Source of the DNA: Strigamia acuminata
Lineage: Eukaryota
Length of the DNA: 64,000 nucleotides
Assembly: GCA_949358305.1 (NCBI GenBank)
Contig: OX442314.1
Location: 5,394,001 to 5,458,000 of the forward strand
Direction: 5' to 3'
Both the position numbers and the translations under genes were made by a program. Below the pieces are notes generated by a model. The model did no database searches, was not told the origin of the DNA, and saw nothing but the letters and a program-made list of their open reading frames with translations. Of this stretch, positions 39,067-51,163 are shown piece by piece; position 1 is the first letter of the stretch, and each line of letters starts with the position of its first letter.

Positions 39067-39879
39067 TGTCGCGTCCTACCTGGTGATAGGTTTAAAGAGC
39101 TAACGTGTGATACTTTACCTGTGATCTATTATGCAAATACCCAAATAAAGAATACCAAGTATATGTAAATGAACAAATAGGTTTTATTCAATAGGCGTGA
39201 TGCCTTAAATACACTTAGTATAACACTAGAGTCGACTTGGTCAGAGTCGAACAAAGGATTTCCCAAGATGGCGTCGTAGGTTCCGCGTGGTCGGCGGAAC
39301 AAAGGCGGCGTCTCGAGTTGTCGTTAATTCGTCACGGATTCGTCGTTCACGGACGCGGTGGAATGCTCTTTCGAGTCTTCTATCCGTGCCTATTGTCTAG
39401 GGGTTGGTTTGGGCGTCTCAAGGCTCTGACCAGAAACGTGGAGTTTTTTACAGGGCGCTCGGACACTTCGGTAGCGGAATAACCGTGGGTCGGTTATTCT
39501 GGTTAAACTCACAAGGGCTATTTTCCTGCTTTTGCGGGAATAGCACTCAGGTGAATTTGTGAGTTACAGTTGCACTGGAATCAGCGATCCTCGATCAATC
39601 CTAACTTGTAGTTGAAGTTGGCCTGACGGTGAGGTAGTTGCTGTGTTCTTGGTGTCGTTTTTGTGTAAGTTCTGTCTTTAGGCGGGAAACTCCACCTTTT
39701 ATAGGCTAGAGTGAGGGGTTGGGCTCGGCCAATGGGGGCCGGCCACGAACCACCTCACCCCTTCGGGGCACGCGCTTCCCAGTGGGGGAAGGCGAAGCCA
39801 GCGCGAGGGAACTGACCTTTCCTAGTGACTCACGTGGATGGCGTCCGCTGGAGGGACGACCACCCGCAGGGTCACCACA
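39067..39879. mobile_element. Solo LTR (probably Gypsy) inserted in the BEL pol
   Basis: TG..CA ends, 4-bp TSD aatt; the BEL frame rejoins as DKNVQF-DDGISILIG; TATAAAA and AATAAA on the minus strand. Confidence 0.8.
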
Positions 39880-42437
39880 AATTTGATGATGGAATTTCTA
39901 TTTTAATCGGTTGCGATAATTTTTGGAAGGTGACGACTGGCCGACAAGAGCGAATCGAAGAGAAGTTGATGGCGATCGAGACCGTATTCGGATGGACACT
40001 ACATGGAGCCACGACAGGAGCAGAGAAAACCGTGTCCACTCTGGTTAGAGTAAATAAGGTTGTAGTTAATGACCATTTGAATGAACTTCTAGAGCGCTTT
40101 TGGAGTCTCGAGTCTGTCGGAATTAAGCACGAAACGGTGGAACAGGGCGTGGACGATTTAGACACGGAACAATTTGGCAAGAATATCAAATGGGTGAACG
40201 ATCACTACGAGGTCGGGTTGCCATGGAAACTCAACAGGAAAGAACTCGACGACAACCGCGAAGTAGCCAAAAAGCGATTTTGGAGCTTGGTGAATCGTTT
40301 TCGAAAAAACCCGAAGTTGTACCTGGAATATAAGAAGGTGATCGATGAACAACTGTTGACTGGTATTGTTGAGAAGGTTCCAAGCGTGAGTACGTCAAAT
40401 ACGATTTATTATATCCCACATCAACCTGTGATTGACGAAACGCGCACGACTACAAAGCTACGTATTGTGTATGACGCGTCTTCGCACGCGAAAGGGAGTT
40501 TTTTCCTCAACGATTGCCTCGCATCAGGGCCAAATATGTTACCTAAATTGACTAATGTGATTTTAAAATTTCGAACGGGCAAATACGGGACGATTGCGGA
40601 CATTGAAAAGGCGTTTCACCGGATTCATCTGAAGAAGGACAAGCGAGACGTTACGCGGTTCTTCTGGCTAGAAGAAGACTGGAATGGAGAAGACTCAGTG
40701 GAGTTAATCGAATTGCGTCAGACTCAAGTGCTCTTTGGCGCAAAACCAAGTCCATTCCTACTCAACGCCACGGTGAAGCAACACGTGGAAAAGCACGAAG
40801 AAGAGTTTCCGGACACGTGCGAACGTTTGATAGAAGATTTGTATGTCGACGACTTTGTTAATAATACGAACACCACAGAAGAATCCGCCCGAGTTTATCG
40901 TGAAAGTACTGAAGTTATGAAGAGGGGTAATATGAAATTGACAAAATGGCGATCGAGCGACCCCGAATTAAGAAAATTGATTATTCACGACGATACGAAT
41001 GCAGAAGAACTGGTTTTAAAGAAAGAGGCCAAAGTGCTTGGTATAACTTGGGATACTGAAACCGATCAATTGGGTTAAGAAACTAATGATTTATTAAGGG
41101 AATTGGAACTTGTTAAATTTACAAAAAGGTCGGTTATCAGGTTTACAGCAATGATCTTTGATCCGCTTGGATTTGCAAACCCCCATTTGTGGTCACTGCA
41201 AAGATTTATTTCCAACAATTGTGGAAATTAAATTTGTGTTGGGATACAGAAATCCCAGAGAATGTGAGGAAAATCTGGTCGGACTGATACATTCAAGTGC
41301 CAGAAATTAAATGTTTGTCTTTTCCAAGGCAATTATTTAATTGGGGAGAGGATTTAGAAGAGCGACAGATTCACATTATCTGCGATGCGAGTCCTCGTGC
41401 GTATGGCGTCGTCGCCTACACCCGAGTGACAAATAAAGAAACAAAAACTATTAATTGTCAATTTGTCATTTCTAGATGTCGCGTGGCCCCATTGAAAGAA
41501 CTAACACTACCGAAATTGGAGTTAATGGGTGCCCTAATTGCAGCTCGCTTGGTGCCAACGTTACAGTCAACACTCGGATCCAGTCGCATTACATTGTGGA
41601 CAGATTCGAAAATTGTTTTGCATTGGTTGCGAGAGACCAAAAACAGACCAGTCACCTTCGTTTTCAACCGAGTGAAAGAGATCGGCGAAACGACTGACAA
41701 GGATTGCTGGCGTCATTGTCCTGGCAAAGAAAACCCAGCGGATCTGGTGACTCGTGGTGTAACAATGCAAGAACTAACTAATAATGTTTTTTGGCAAGAG
41801 GGACCTGAGTGGTTGAGTAAAGACGAATCCGAGTGGCCAGTCGAGAGCAATATTGCGGTGGAAATAGACAAAAACGAAGAAATAATTGTGAATGCTGTGA
41901 ACGAGAAAGTCCAAGTGATTGACTACACGAGATTTAGTTGGTGGACAAGACTGAAAAGAGCAACGGCGTGGGTATTTTGATTTATTGCAAACTTGCGAAC
42001 AGAAGATAAAATTACAGGAGAATTGAACGGAGACGAGATTGCAAAGGGCGAAAAATATTAGAAAAGATATTTGCAGAGTTTGAATTTTAATCGAGAACTA
42101 AAGTGTCTACAGAAAGGAATGTTAGTGGAAAAAAACTTTGCCATTGTTACAGTTTTCACCGACGATAGACGATAGCCCAGCAGAGCCAAGTCCACTCACA
42201 CCCGCACATTTTCTTGTGGGGAAACGTCTAATCTGTCTACCTAACGTCCCTAGTGTTACAGATCAACCGGAGGCACAGATCAAGATTTTACGAATTTGGA
42301 GACAACGTCAGATGATTGTTGCCCATTTTTGGAAAAGATGGACACACGAATACCTCATTGAGTTGCGCCAACAGAGAGGAAATTCAAGCGATACAAAATT
42401 TTGAGTCGGCGATCTTGCCCTAATCGAGGAACAGAAT

Positions 42438-42932
42438 TACCGATACCGATATCGGTATCGGCTATCGGCCGATATTTCGATATTTACCGATATCGGATCC
42501 GATATTTTTTTGCTTGGCCGATACCGATATTGCCACGTTTCTAAAACGTATTGTTTTAAACGAAAACAATACGTTTTAAAAACGTCTTTGAAGCAGTATG
42601 TATAAATATAGGTTTGTTTTTAATTTTAATTACTTCAATCCCGTCATTTGTTAATTGTTATGTCGCATAAGCAGCCTCATAAAACGAGTATTGTTTGGAA
42701 TTATTTTATCGTATGTGAAATTGATAATTCCAAAGCAATTTGCAATTGCGATTTTTTAAATAAAATAAACACAATTTTAATCTTTTTATTTTGTATTTTG
42801 TATTTTTGGGGGGGGGGGGTCGGATATTTTAATTTTAAATAATATCGGCGCAGGTATCGGTATCGGCCGATATTCGATTGCCGATTATCGGTATCGGCGA
42901 TACTTCAAATTTTCGATATCGGTCAAAGTCTA
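42438..42932 (+). mobile_element. Internally deleted hAT element with BED-finger remnant
   Basis: accgata/tatcgg subterminal repeats, right end tatcggtcaaagtcta, imperfect TSD aacagaat/atcagaat; peptide TSIVWNYF..SKAIC. Confidence 0.7.
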
Positions 42933-43629
42933 ATCAGAATCAACCAAGACTAACCTGGAAAATGGGAAGAATAACCGACGTGAAAGTCGGTCGCGATGGG
43001 TTAATACGATCTTGTGAGTTGCAGCTTCCGAATCGCACAAAGCTTCGTCGGCCGATTCAACGACTGTGCAACTTGGAAGTCGAATCCGAGTTAGAACGTC
43101 CCCGGGAGGGAGGGACTCTAAAAACTGTCGTTTAAAAGTGACGAATTGGAGGTGGCGCCATGTTTGGTCACCAGGGGTCACTTCTGTAGCCCCCTTTTGT
43201 AAAACGGGTCATTCTATTTCTTTGTATAACGGGGGGACGAGGCTATAAATTAGCATATCCTGTTTTGAATAAAATTTAGTATTCGATGTAAAACCACTGT
43301 GTATGCATGCTTTATTGTCAATCTTCAACAATCAGTTTATATCCGTTGCCATCCAACTTTTAAAGCGACTTCAAACTTCTCCAAATACAATTCGTAGTTG
43401 CATCCGCAACAGTCACTAAGGATATCTCATAAAAATTTACCATACAAAGTTCAATCACATTTGTATTAACAATTTTAGTTGTGTGCAGTGTCGTTTAATT
43501 AACGTTTCTGGTGCAGTTTTTTCTGCTCTTTCGTTTGGTGTATAGTTTTTGATGATCCCAGCTTTTGTTCTCAATGTATTTGCATTTTTAATCAATTTTT
43601 GTCCAAATTTACCAAGTTTGATTGCATTA

Positions 43630-43920
43630 CTACCCGAACGCATATGTATTGGGCCGCATGTATTTTTTAAAGTTAAAAAAAAATAAAATGATGAAATTCA
43701 AACCCTAAACAATTTTTTTAACCAAACAAATAAATGTCACATCAACTTTGACCCATTTAAGTTAAAATTTTATTTTTTTTTAAATAAAGCCCAATGTCTG
43801 TTCTTTAAGTGACATTTATTTGTTTTGATTAGAAAATTTTTTTAGGGTTTGAATTTCATCATTTTATTTTTTTTTAACTTTAAAAATTACATGCAGCCCA
43901 ATACACATGGGTTCGGGTAG
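43630..43920. mobile_element. TA-TSD palindromic MITE inside an older diverged foldback (~43560-44713)
   Basis: TIR ctacccgaac/gttcgggtag; the surrounding sequence is inversely similar to 44620-44713. Confidence 0.7.
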
Positions 43921-44089
43921 TAGTCATTCCTGAATTTCAGATTTTGTGGTACTTTTGTGGATTTCTGCAATGCTACCGGCACCGGAACACGTACGTACAG
44001 TACTTTTTAAAAAATACCGCGTGTCCTCACAGTGGCACCAAAAAAGTGGTACAAATACAGTACCATTTTTCGGTGCCATACGACTTTAC

Positions 44090-44556
44090 TTTAGCAAAAT
44101 CTTATAAAATTTAGCAAAATCTTATGAAATTTAGCAAAATCTCATGAAATTTAGCAAAATCTCATGAAATTTAGCAAAATCTCATGAAATTTAGCAAAAT
44201 CTCATGAAATTTAGCAAAATCTCATAAAATTTAGCAAAATCTCATGAAATTTAGCAAAATCTCATGAAATTTAGCAAAATCTCATGAAATTTAGCAAAAT
44301 CTCATGAAATTTAGCAAAATCTCATGAAATTTAGCAAAATCTTATGAAATTTAGCAAAATCTCATGAAATTTAGCAAAATCTCATGAAATTTAGCAAAAT
44401 CTCATGAAATTTAGCAAAATCTCATGAAATTTAGCAAAATCTCATGAAATTTAGCAAAATCTCATGAAATTTAGCAAAATCTCATGAAATTTAGCAAAAT
44501 CTCATGAAATTTAGCAAAATCTCATAAAATTTAGCAAAATCTCATAAAAATTAGCA
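44090..44556. repeat. 20-bp minisatellite (ttagcaaaatctcatgaaat)n
   Basis: About 23 near-identical copies. Confidence 0.95.
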
Positions 44557-47500
44557 GATCTTGTACTGGTACCTCAATTCTATAGAAATAAACAAAAATA
44601 CCAAGAGATTCAAAACATATTACAAAATCTAAAATTCAGATATGATTAGTGCAATAAAACTTGGTGAATTGGGACGAAGATTGATTAAAATCGCAAATAT
44701 CTCGAGAACAAAACAAGTGTGTGTGTGTATTTACTTGTGTTTACATACGTATACCTGTATTGATTTGAGTACAATGTCCAAAAGGAAGGGGAATGAGAAT
44801 TTTTGTTGCATTAAGCATTGTTGTATATCCACGAAAATACTATAAATATCAAATAATTTAATAGAATATTTCACCAATGGTTATATTTAGAAATACACCT
44901 TATCAGCAAATTCATTATTAAGTGAGACTGTTTCGTGGACGTTGAGTTTTTCCCAGATTTCATCCAATGATAAATTGTTGTTGAACAATTGCCAAGGTGA
45001 CATGTTATTGCAGGTCTTGTTAGTTCGATAGTTCATTAAGTTCAATATGGCTTCATCAATTACATCATCTTGTTTTTCACCACAGACCGTGACAGACGGA
45101 TATTGGGTAAAGTGTCGTAGAACTATGCTCACTGTCTTTGTTACCGGTTCTTCGATGTAGTAGTTCAAACGAATTTGCAAGCAATACAAAGTGACTCCCG
45201 AGCAAATTATAACCAGAATTGTCTTAAGAATAGATGAAATTACATTTCTTTTAATTTGCTCTTGACTCGCAATTATTTTCTTTGTGCATTTGTCATAGAG
45301 CTTGAGAATCTTATTAACTTTTTTTTTTCTTCGAATGTTTGCTAGATACCAAGTGATTTCAGGCAATGATGTTAAAGATAGACCGAGAAATAGTCCCAGA
45401 TTGCCTCCTAAATCTGATAGTAAAGCAATAATATCATATGTGTACCGTTCTTCATACACGTTGATTTTATTATTAGTTATTTCTACCGATGCGGATATTG
45501 TGTTTTTATCATCTGCTATACCCGCATCAGTGTATGCTATAAATATTAACTGTTCGCATGGACGTCGACATAGACAATCAGCAATTGGATCGGTGGTTTC
45601 AATTAATCGATTTGCAATACCATACAGCTCATGGGTGGTATTCGAACATTCGCAGAGTGGTAAATCTGTCTTTGTAAAGGGTAATCTTGCGTAGAAGATG
45701 TTTCATTACTTTTTTATTCTTTTTTTTATTGTATTTGTATATTCTGCATCTTACCTGCATAAGACATATTTTTTTAATTTCTTAATTAAGCATGCGTGAT
45801 AACATTCTTTGTATTCGTTTTCACTGGAGCATGAACTCATAGATGAATTGAGAAATATGAACTTAAATGTAATAAGTTATAAAATTATTAGTTGCTAATT
45901 TTCATTTACAGTAAGATTTAAAAATGTACTTTGTTAAAACTCAAATTAATTTTTAATGCTTCACCGAGGTTTTGTGTTCTTACATACTGGTTTCTTCCGA
46001 AATCGTAGAATGACATGTAAATCTACGTGAGTGAAAATAGGGATGAATAAGAAACAATTCATTTTCTGATATATTGCAAATAATTTAGTACGATTACATG
46101 GTAAGCAGCTGTAGGACATACGTAGTCATAAGTTTTTTCAATAGTTGCTGTAAATAATTCTTGATGAAATGATTTACTATAAGCTACAGTTATACCAAAA
46201 ATGATAATTGTATTATCAATGAGACGGATGTTTTTACAGTTTATAGTTACAGAATTGAAATGTTGAGCACATTCCATATGATGTGTCAGTTTCCGTGAGA
46301 ACAAGTGTTTTGTTTGACAATCCCTGAACATGTTAAATTTTGATTTCTTATTTAAAAAATAATTTCTACTACATTTACCTTCATTTTAATGCTGACTATC
46401 TCTTTGCTCAAATTGGTTGCTCTGCAAAGTTCATCCATTTCATAATTTGGACTTGCCATCAGTCTTTTGACCATGTTTGCACATTCATATGGAACTGAAC
46501 CATAATCAATTGGTCCAGTAGTCTTGAAGTTTTCAAAAGTTTTATTCCAAAGCCTGGCCATTTCTCTCGTGTTGCCACTGCAGATTATCAAATTTGGTAA
46601 CTCAATATCTTCCGATTTAGTCGTTACGTCAACAGCCGTAGGATAACTTAAGTAATGCATTATTCTGTCGTACGTCTGGTAAGTGAGCATGCATGTACAA
46701 AATAGAAGCAAAAACAGCCAAGATGTGTGACGCCTGCTCCAATGTTTTCTACTGTTTATGAAATCATCCAGACCAATTAAACCGCAGTTCGGTTTGTTGG
46801 CGTCATCTTTTATCACGAATTGAATTTCTGTACGTAGTTTTCTTAATCTTCGCATATTTCTTCCGATCAAGTAATTTTTTTGCATTTTACAGCTGTATTT
46901 TCTGTATGGTTGGCTAGACTACAGCTGAGTTTAGACTTGTCTCTTGTCTTCTGTTTACTATAATGTCTTATTTCCCATAGTAACTTTTTCCATGACGATT
47001 ATTGATTCAATTATTTCGTGCTAACGTGACCATATAATTTAGACGTTGGTCGATAAATGCATTTTTAATCGTGTTAAATTATTTATGGCAATGTTGTTCG
47101 CTTAACCGTCAATTTTGATCTGAGAATGTACATCGGTCACGGTCCACACCCAACGACCTATAAAGTACAATCTCATCTACTTGGACAAAGTTGACGATTC
47201 CAGAAGTCACTTAACTTACAAGGACCAAAGGAAAAGTCATAGTTGCTTGATGGAAGAGTGAGCTAGACCCTCCAGCAAACATAACATCATCCAGTGGTGT
47301 GCTTCAATCTAAGTTAATATGCACGCATTGCGGTTCGGTATGTTGGCGTCAACTTTTATCATGAGTTGAATTTTGTCATTCGTCATTCGCCATTCGTCAG
47401 TTCTAATGCTAAATTTTACTCTTTCTTCAAGTTGGTCAATTTTTCCAACAATTTCCTGTTTCTTCAGCTGATAGAAACCGAGAACTAATTTCCTGATATC

Positions 47501-48548
47501 TGTGTTACATTTTGGCAGATGAATTACCTTACCAATGTCTGGATCTTTCATTATTGCCGTAAAATCTGAATTTTATACATAGATGTGGCCCAATCTTTGC
47601 CCAGAGACCCTGGGCTGAGAATGTAATAAAGAGATCTCAGTCTTCAGCGCCTATTCTTTCAATTCAAAACATGTCATGGGAGTTTCATTTGGGTTGTGTT
47701 CTTAATTGGCTTTCTATACACAAAAGGAGGGAAATATAAGCTTTTAATGAGGTTAGATCCAACACTTACTGTAAACTGGTACTTTATAAATCAATGGAAT
47801 GTTATATCAATATTCTTGCTACTTGGATAATTTTACGAGTTTTATATGCGGTGTTACTAGGGAATAAAAACACGGATCAATTCTGTATTTCACGGTAAAT
47901 AAAGAGTATAGTTGCCTTGTTTGCTCAAGGATACAACACCAAACAAACAAGCTCTCATATAATTTTGAAAAACAATTTCTCCAAACATCAGGTGACGATT
48001 GTTGATTGGATTGAAAGTCTAAACTCAGCTCTGGTCTGGCCTCAAATACAGGAACTGCAGAAATACAATGCAGGGAAATCACTTGTTGAGACAAAATATG
48101 CTAAGATTAACCAAACTACGTTCTGCAATTCAACTTATTGTTGGAATTGAATGAGAGGAGATGGCATCGATTGTTGCTGATATACTCGTTTATTCAGCGC
48201 GCACGTTATAGCAACGATCTGCACGTTCTGGTCACATAACAGGAAGTCAGGTGACCACGTGATTGGGCAGTCGTAATACACACAACTCCCCCTGGCGGTG
48301 GGAGACCCTTACACGGGATTTGGAATACACTGGGCCAGGTGACACAAAATATCAACACACACCTTCTTCACCTGATCAGTGTCTAAAACTCAAAACAAAT
48401 CCCATAAATTGTAATCTCAAAATAAACACAAAATACACTTGTAATGCAATAAAGAAAAATCAATAAAATACACTTATTTAAAACATATCACACTTGTAAA
48501 CAAAACTCAATCAATACGACAAAACAATTTCAAAAACACAATGCACGC

Positions 48549-50600
48549 TCAGATATTATTATTCAAAACCACTCGACCTCGATTCTTCTCAATTTTGCCC
48601 TTCTCGTTTGAATAACGCATCTCGCCCCTCTGTTGGTTTCGAGCTTCCGTAATGTTTTTACTCAGTTTTCCTCGCAAAATATTTCCCTCGTGTCCTGTAT
48701 ACGGTTTCTTTCGTTTATCCTTTTCTTTTGTCGGTTGAACAATCGCTCGTTCTCGTACGTTCGTTCGCGCCGTCACATCATTGCTTATTGTTCGTTTACT
48801 TTTCCGTCGTCTGGTCCTCCTTTTGTCTTGCTCCACGTTGTTTAATCTCTCACTGACTCTCACATTAACAGTGTCCAAACTTTTGTTGAATTCATCATAA
48901 TCCTCGCCAATTTCCTCGCCCAAATTCGCGACCGAAACAGTCTTCAATTCCTTCGCTTGATACTCGTGCCCATTGCGTTGCGCTTCTCCGCATGACACGA
49001 TTTCACACAGCTCGATTTTCTTGCTTGCGTCGAACCTATCAAATATATCATTAATCTTAGCCACTTTAGCATCCAGTCTCGCTTCTCTCGCATCAAGTTC
49101 GCCCAGTTTCACATCAACTTTGGCCAACTTCGCATCGAGTGCTGCGAGTTTTGCATCAAGTTGGGCACTCTTCTCGTCCAAGTCGCTCTTCGTACGGTCG
49201 TCCATGCTCCACGTGTCGTCGCTACGTACTTCATCGTCGTCCGCTCCGCTATTTTGTGGCTGCATTTCCTCCGTAACTGCTCCTTCGTTCTTAGTTACGA
49301 ATGCACACATGGCACCTTCTTGCGTTTTCGAGTGTGTAGCCATGCTCGCATTTACTACGGTCTCTACATTTAATCGATACACGTCGCCTATCTTCGTCGC
49401 GGTCATGATCACTCGATCCCCGCATGAAATCGAGCACTTTCCGCCTCCAAAAACAATTCGTAGCTCTGCCTCGTCTAGTCTCGGCACCGAAATCAAGTTG
49501 TCGCTCAAACCGGGGACAAACAACGCGTCCTTCGCAACCAAATCTGCATCGTTCGTCGTCAGTCGCACGTTTCCGATCCCCATTATTGGAATTTTTCGCC
49601 CATCGGCCAATGTTACTTCGCGGTTCCCGTTTTCTGCTGCAAACGTTTCGAAAAAGTCCCGGTTGCCCGTCATATGTCGTGTTGCGCCCGAATCGAGGTT
49701 CCATTCTCTTCCCTCGGTCTTAACCTGAAAAACAAATTGGTTAGTTTTCACAGCCCTGACGGTCGCGTCTGGCTGCTGCTCCTTCCTTGCACTCTGCTTT
49801 GGCTGATTCTGGCTCGCATCATGCTCGTTTTCGGTTCCTGCTTGGCTCCGACAATTTCTCGCGATGTGCCCGAACTTCTGGCAGTTGTAGCACTTCACGT
49901 GCTTCAAATCTCGTCTGCGTTCACCGCTTTGCTCGCCGTTTCCTTCACTGATGCGTTCACCGCCCCGATTGTTGCCGTTCGTGCGGTGCGACAAACTAAC
50001 TTTGTGCAGCTTTTCGTACACCTCGTCGTCACCCGTCTGGCGCGACTCTTCCTGCAGTATCATGTGGCGCAGCTTCACCATCGTCACGGCATCGTCGTCG
50101 CACATATCGAACGCCCTCGGAATGCTGTGGTACGCTTTCGGCAGTGTCTGTATTATCATCGTCCCGACCTCCTGCTCCGAAATTTCGCCTCCGACCGCTC
50201 GCAACTGGTTTACCGTCGACTCCACGCGTTGTAGAAACTTTGTGGCCGTCTCCGCTTTCTCCCATCGCATCTTGGTCAGTTCTCTCCGCAAAATGGTCTG
50301 CCGCTGCCTCGCTTGTCCTCGGTGCACTTCCTCCAACTTCTCCCAGCATTCTCGTGCCGTGTCCTTGTTGATCACGTACACTGTCTGGGCCGGCGATAAA
50401 GCTTGCACGATTGCATTCATTGCCTTTTCGTCCTTGCCTCTCCACGCGTTCCTTGCAGCCAAAGCTCCGTTCACTGGTGGCTCGTCGACGATTACCGTCC
50501 ACCATTCGGACTTTCTTAGGAAAACGCGCATCTTGAACGCCCACGTGGCGTAGTTCTCATCCTCCAGCTTCTCGATCCTCGAATTATCTCTTTCCGTCAT
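48549..50600 (-). CDS. Copia Gag + protease + coiled-coil/basic tail (no IN/RT), unit 1
   Basis: 683-aa intact ORF: KLEDENYATW, CYNCQKFGHIARNC, WNLDSGA, heptad repeat LDAKLAALDAKLAK. Confidence 0.88.
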   Translation of the reverse strand: MTERDNSRIEKLEDENYATWAFKMRVFLRKSEWWTVIVDEPPVNGALAARNAWRGKDEKAMNAIVQALSPAQTVYVINKDTARECWEKLEEVHRGQARQRQTILRRELTKMRWEKAETATKFLQRVESTVNQLRAVGGEISEQEVGTMIIQTLPKAYHSIPRAFDMCDDDAVTMVKLRHMILQEESRQTGDDEVYEKLHKVSLSHRTNGNNRGGERISEGNGEQSGERRRDLKHVKCYNCQKFGHIARNCRSQAGTENEHDASQNQPKQSARKEQQPDATVRAVKTNQFVFQVKTEGREWNLDSGATRHMTGNRDFFETFAAENGNREVTLADGRKIPIMGIGNVRLTTNDADLVAKDALFVPGLSDNLISVPRLDEAELRIVFGGGKCSISCGDRVIMTATKIGDVYRLNVETVVNASMATHSKTQEGAMCAFVTKNEGAVTEEMQPQNSGADDDEVRSDDTWSMDDRTKSDLDEKSAQLDAKLAALDAKLAKVDVKLGELDAREARLDAKVAKINDIFDRFDASKKIELCEIVSCGEAQRNGHEYQAKELKTVSVANLGEEIGEDYDEFNKSLDTVNVRVSERLNNVEQDKRRTRRRKSKRTISNDVTARTNVRERAIVQPTKEKDKRKKPYTGHEGNILRGKLSKNITEARNQQRGEMRYSNEKGKIEKNRGRVVLNNNI

Positions 50601-51163
50601 TTTTTAATCTTGGATTTCGTGATCTACCACGCGTTTGGTTTAAGCCTAACGTCTCGTGGTCCGGTCAGCGGTCAATACGTTGAAAATGCCCGAAAAGTGT
50701 TTTTTACGAATCAAAAACTCACGCAGTTTGAGGATGCTGTGCCCATAACCCTTTGTTGGAATTGAATGAGAGGAGATGGCATCGATTGTTGCTGATATAC
50801 TCGTTTATTCAGCGCGCACGTTATAGCAACGATCTGCACGTTCTGGTCACATAACAGGAAGTCAGGTGACCACGTGATTGGGCAGTCGTAATACACACAA
50901 CTCCCCCTGGCGGTGGGAGACCCTTACACGGGATTTGGAATACACTGGGCCAGGTGACACAAAATATCAACACACACCTTCTTCACCTGATCAGTGTCTA
51001 AAACTCAAAACAAATCCCATAAATTGTAATCTCAAAATAAACACAAAATACACTTGTAATGCAATAAAGAAAAATCAATAAAATACACTTATTTAAAACA
51101 TATCACACTTGTAAACAAAACTCAATCAATACGACAAAACAATTTCAAAAACACAATGCACGC

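Larger units (their letters stand above)
37041..43411 (+). mobile_element. BEL/Pao LTR retrotransposon, decayed
   Basis: LTRs 37041-37321 and 43117-43411, TSD gtcac, PBS tggtgccgaaacccggga (tRNA-Phe). DUF1759-like gag (KLPKLEVVKFQG), PR LDGGS, RT (ADIEKAF, YVDD), RNase H (CDAS..ELMGA..DS). Integrase core deleted near 42140; C-terminal PLTPAHFL/GRDG retained; several stops and frameshifts. Confidence 0.93.
35168..46885 (-). pseudogene. DEG/ENaC two-module gene copy 3
   Basis: Exons ~46379-46885, 46099-46324, 45935-46025, 45754-45860, 44899-45690, 44755-44840, 36726-36809, 36160-36252, 35970-36079, 35168-35546. Stop/frameshift at ~46235 (aaa ctg taa); BEL element in an intron. Confidence 0.8.

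Noticed and set aside
49030..49200. env gene in the tandem element
   Set aside because: Coiled coil only; no signal peptide or transmembrane segment is visible.
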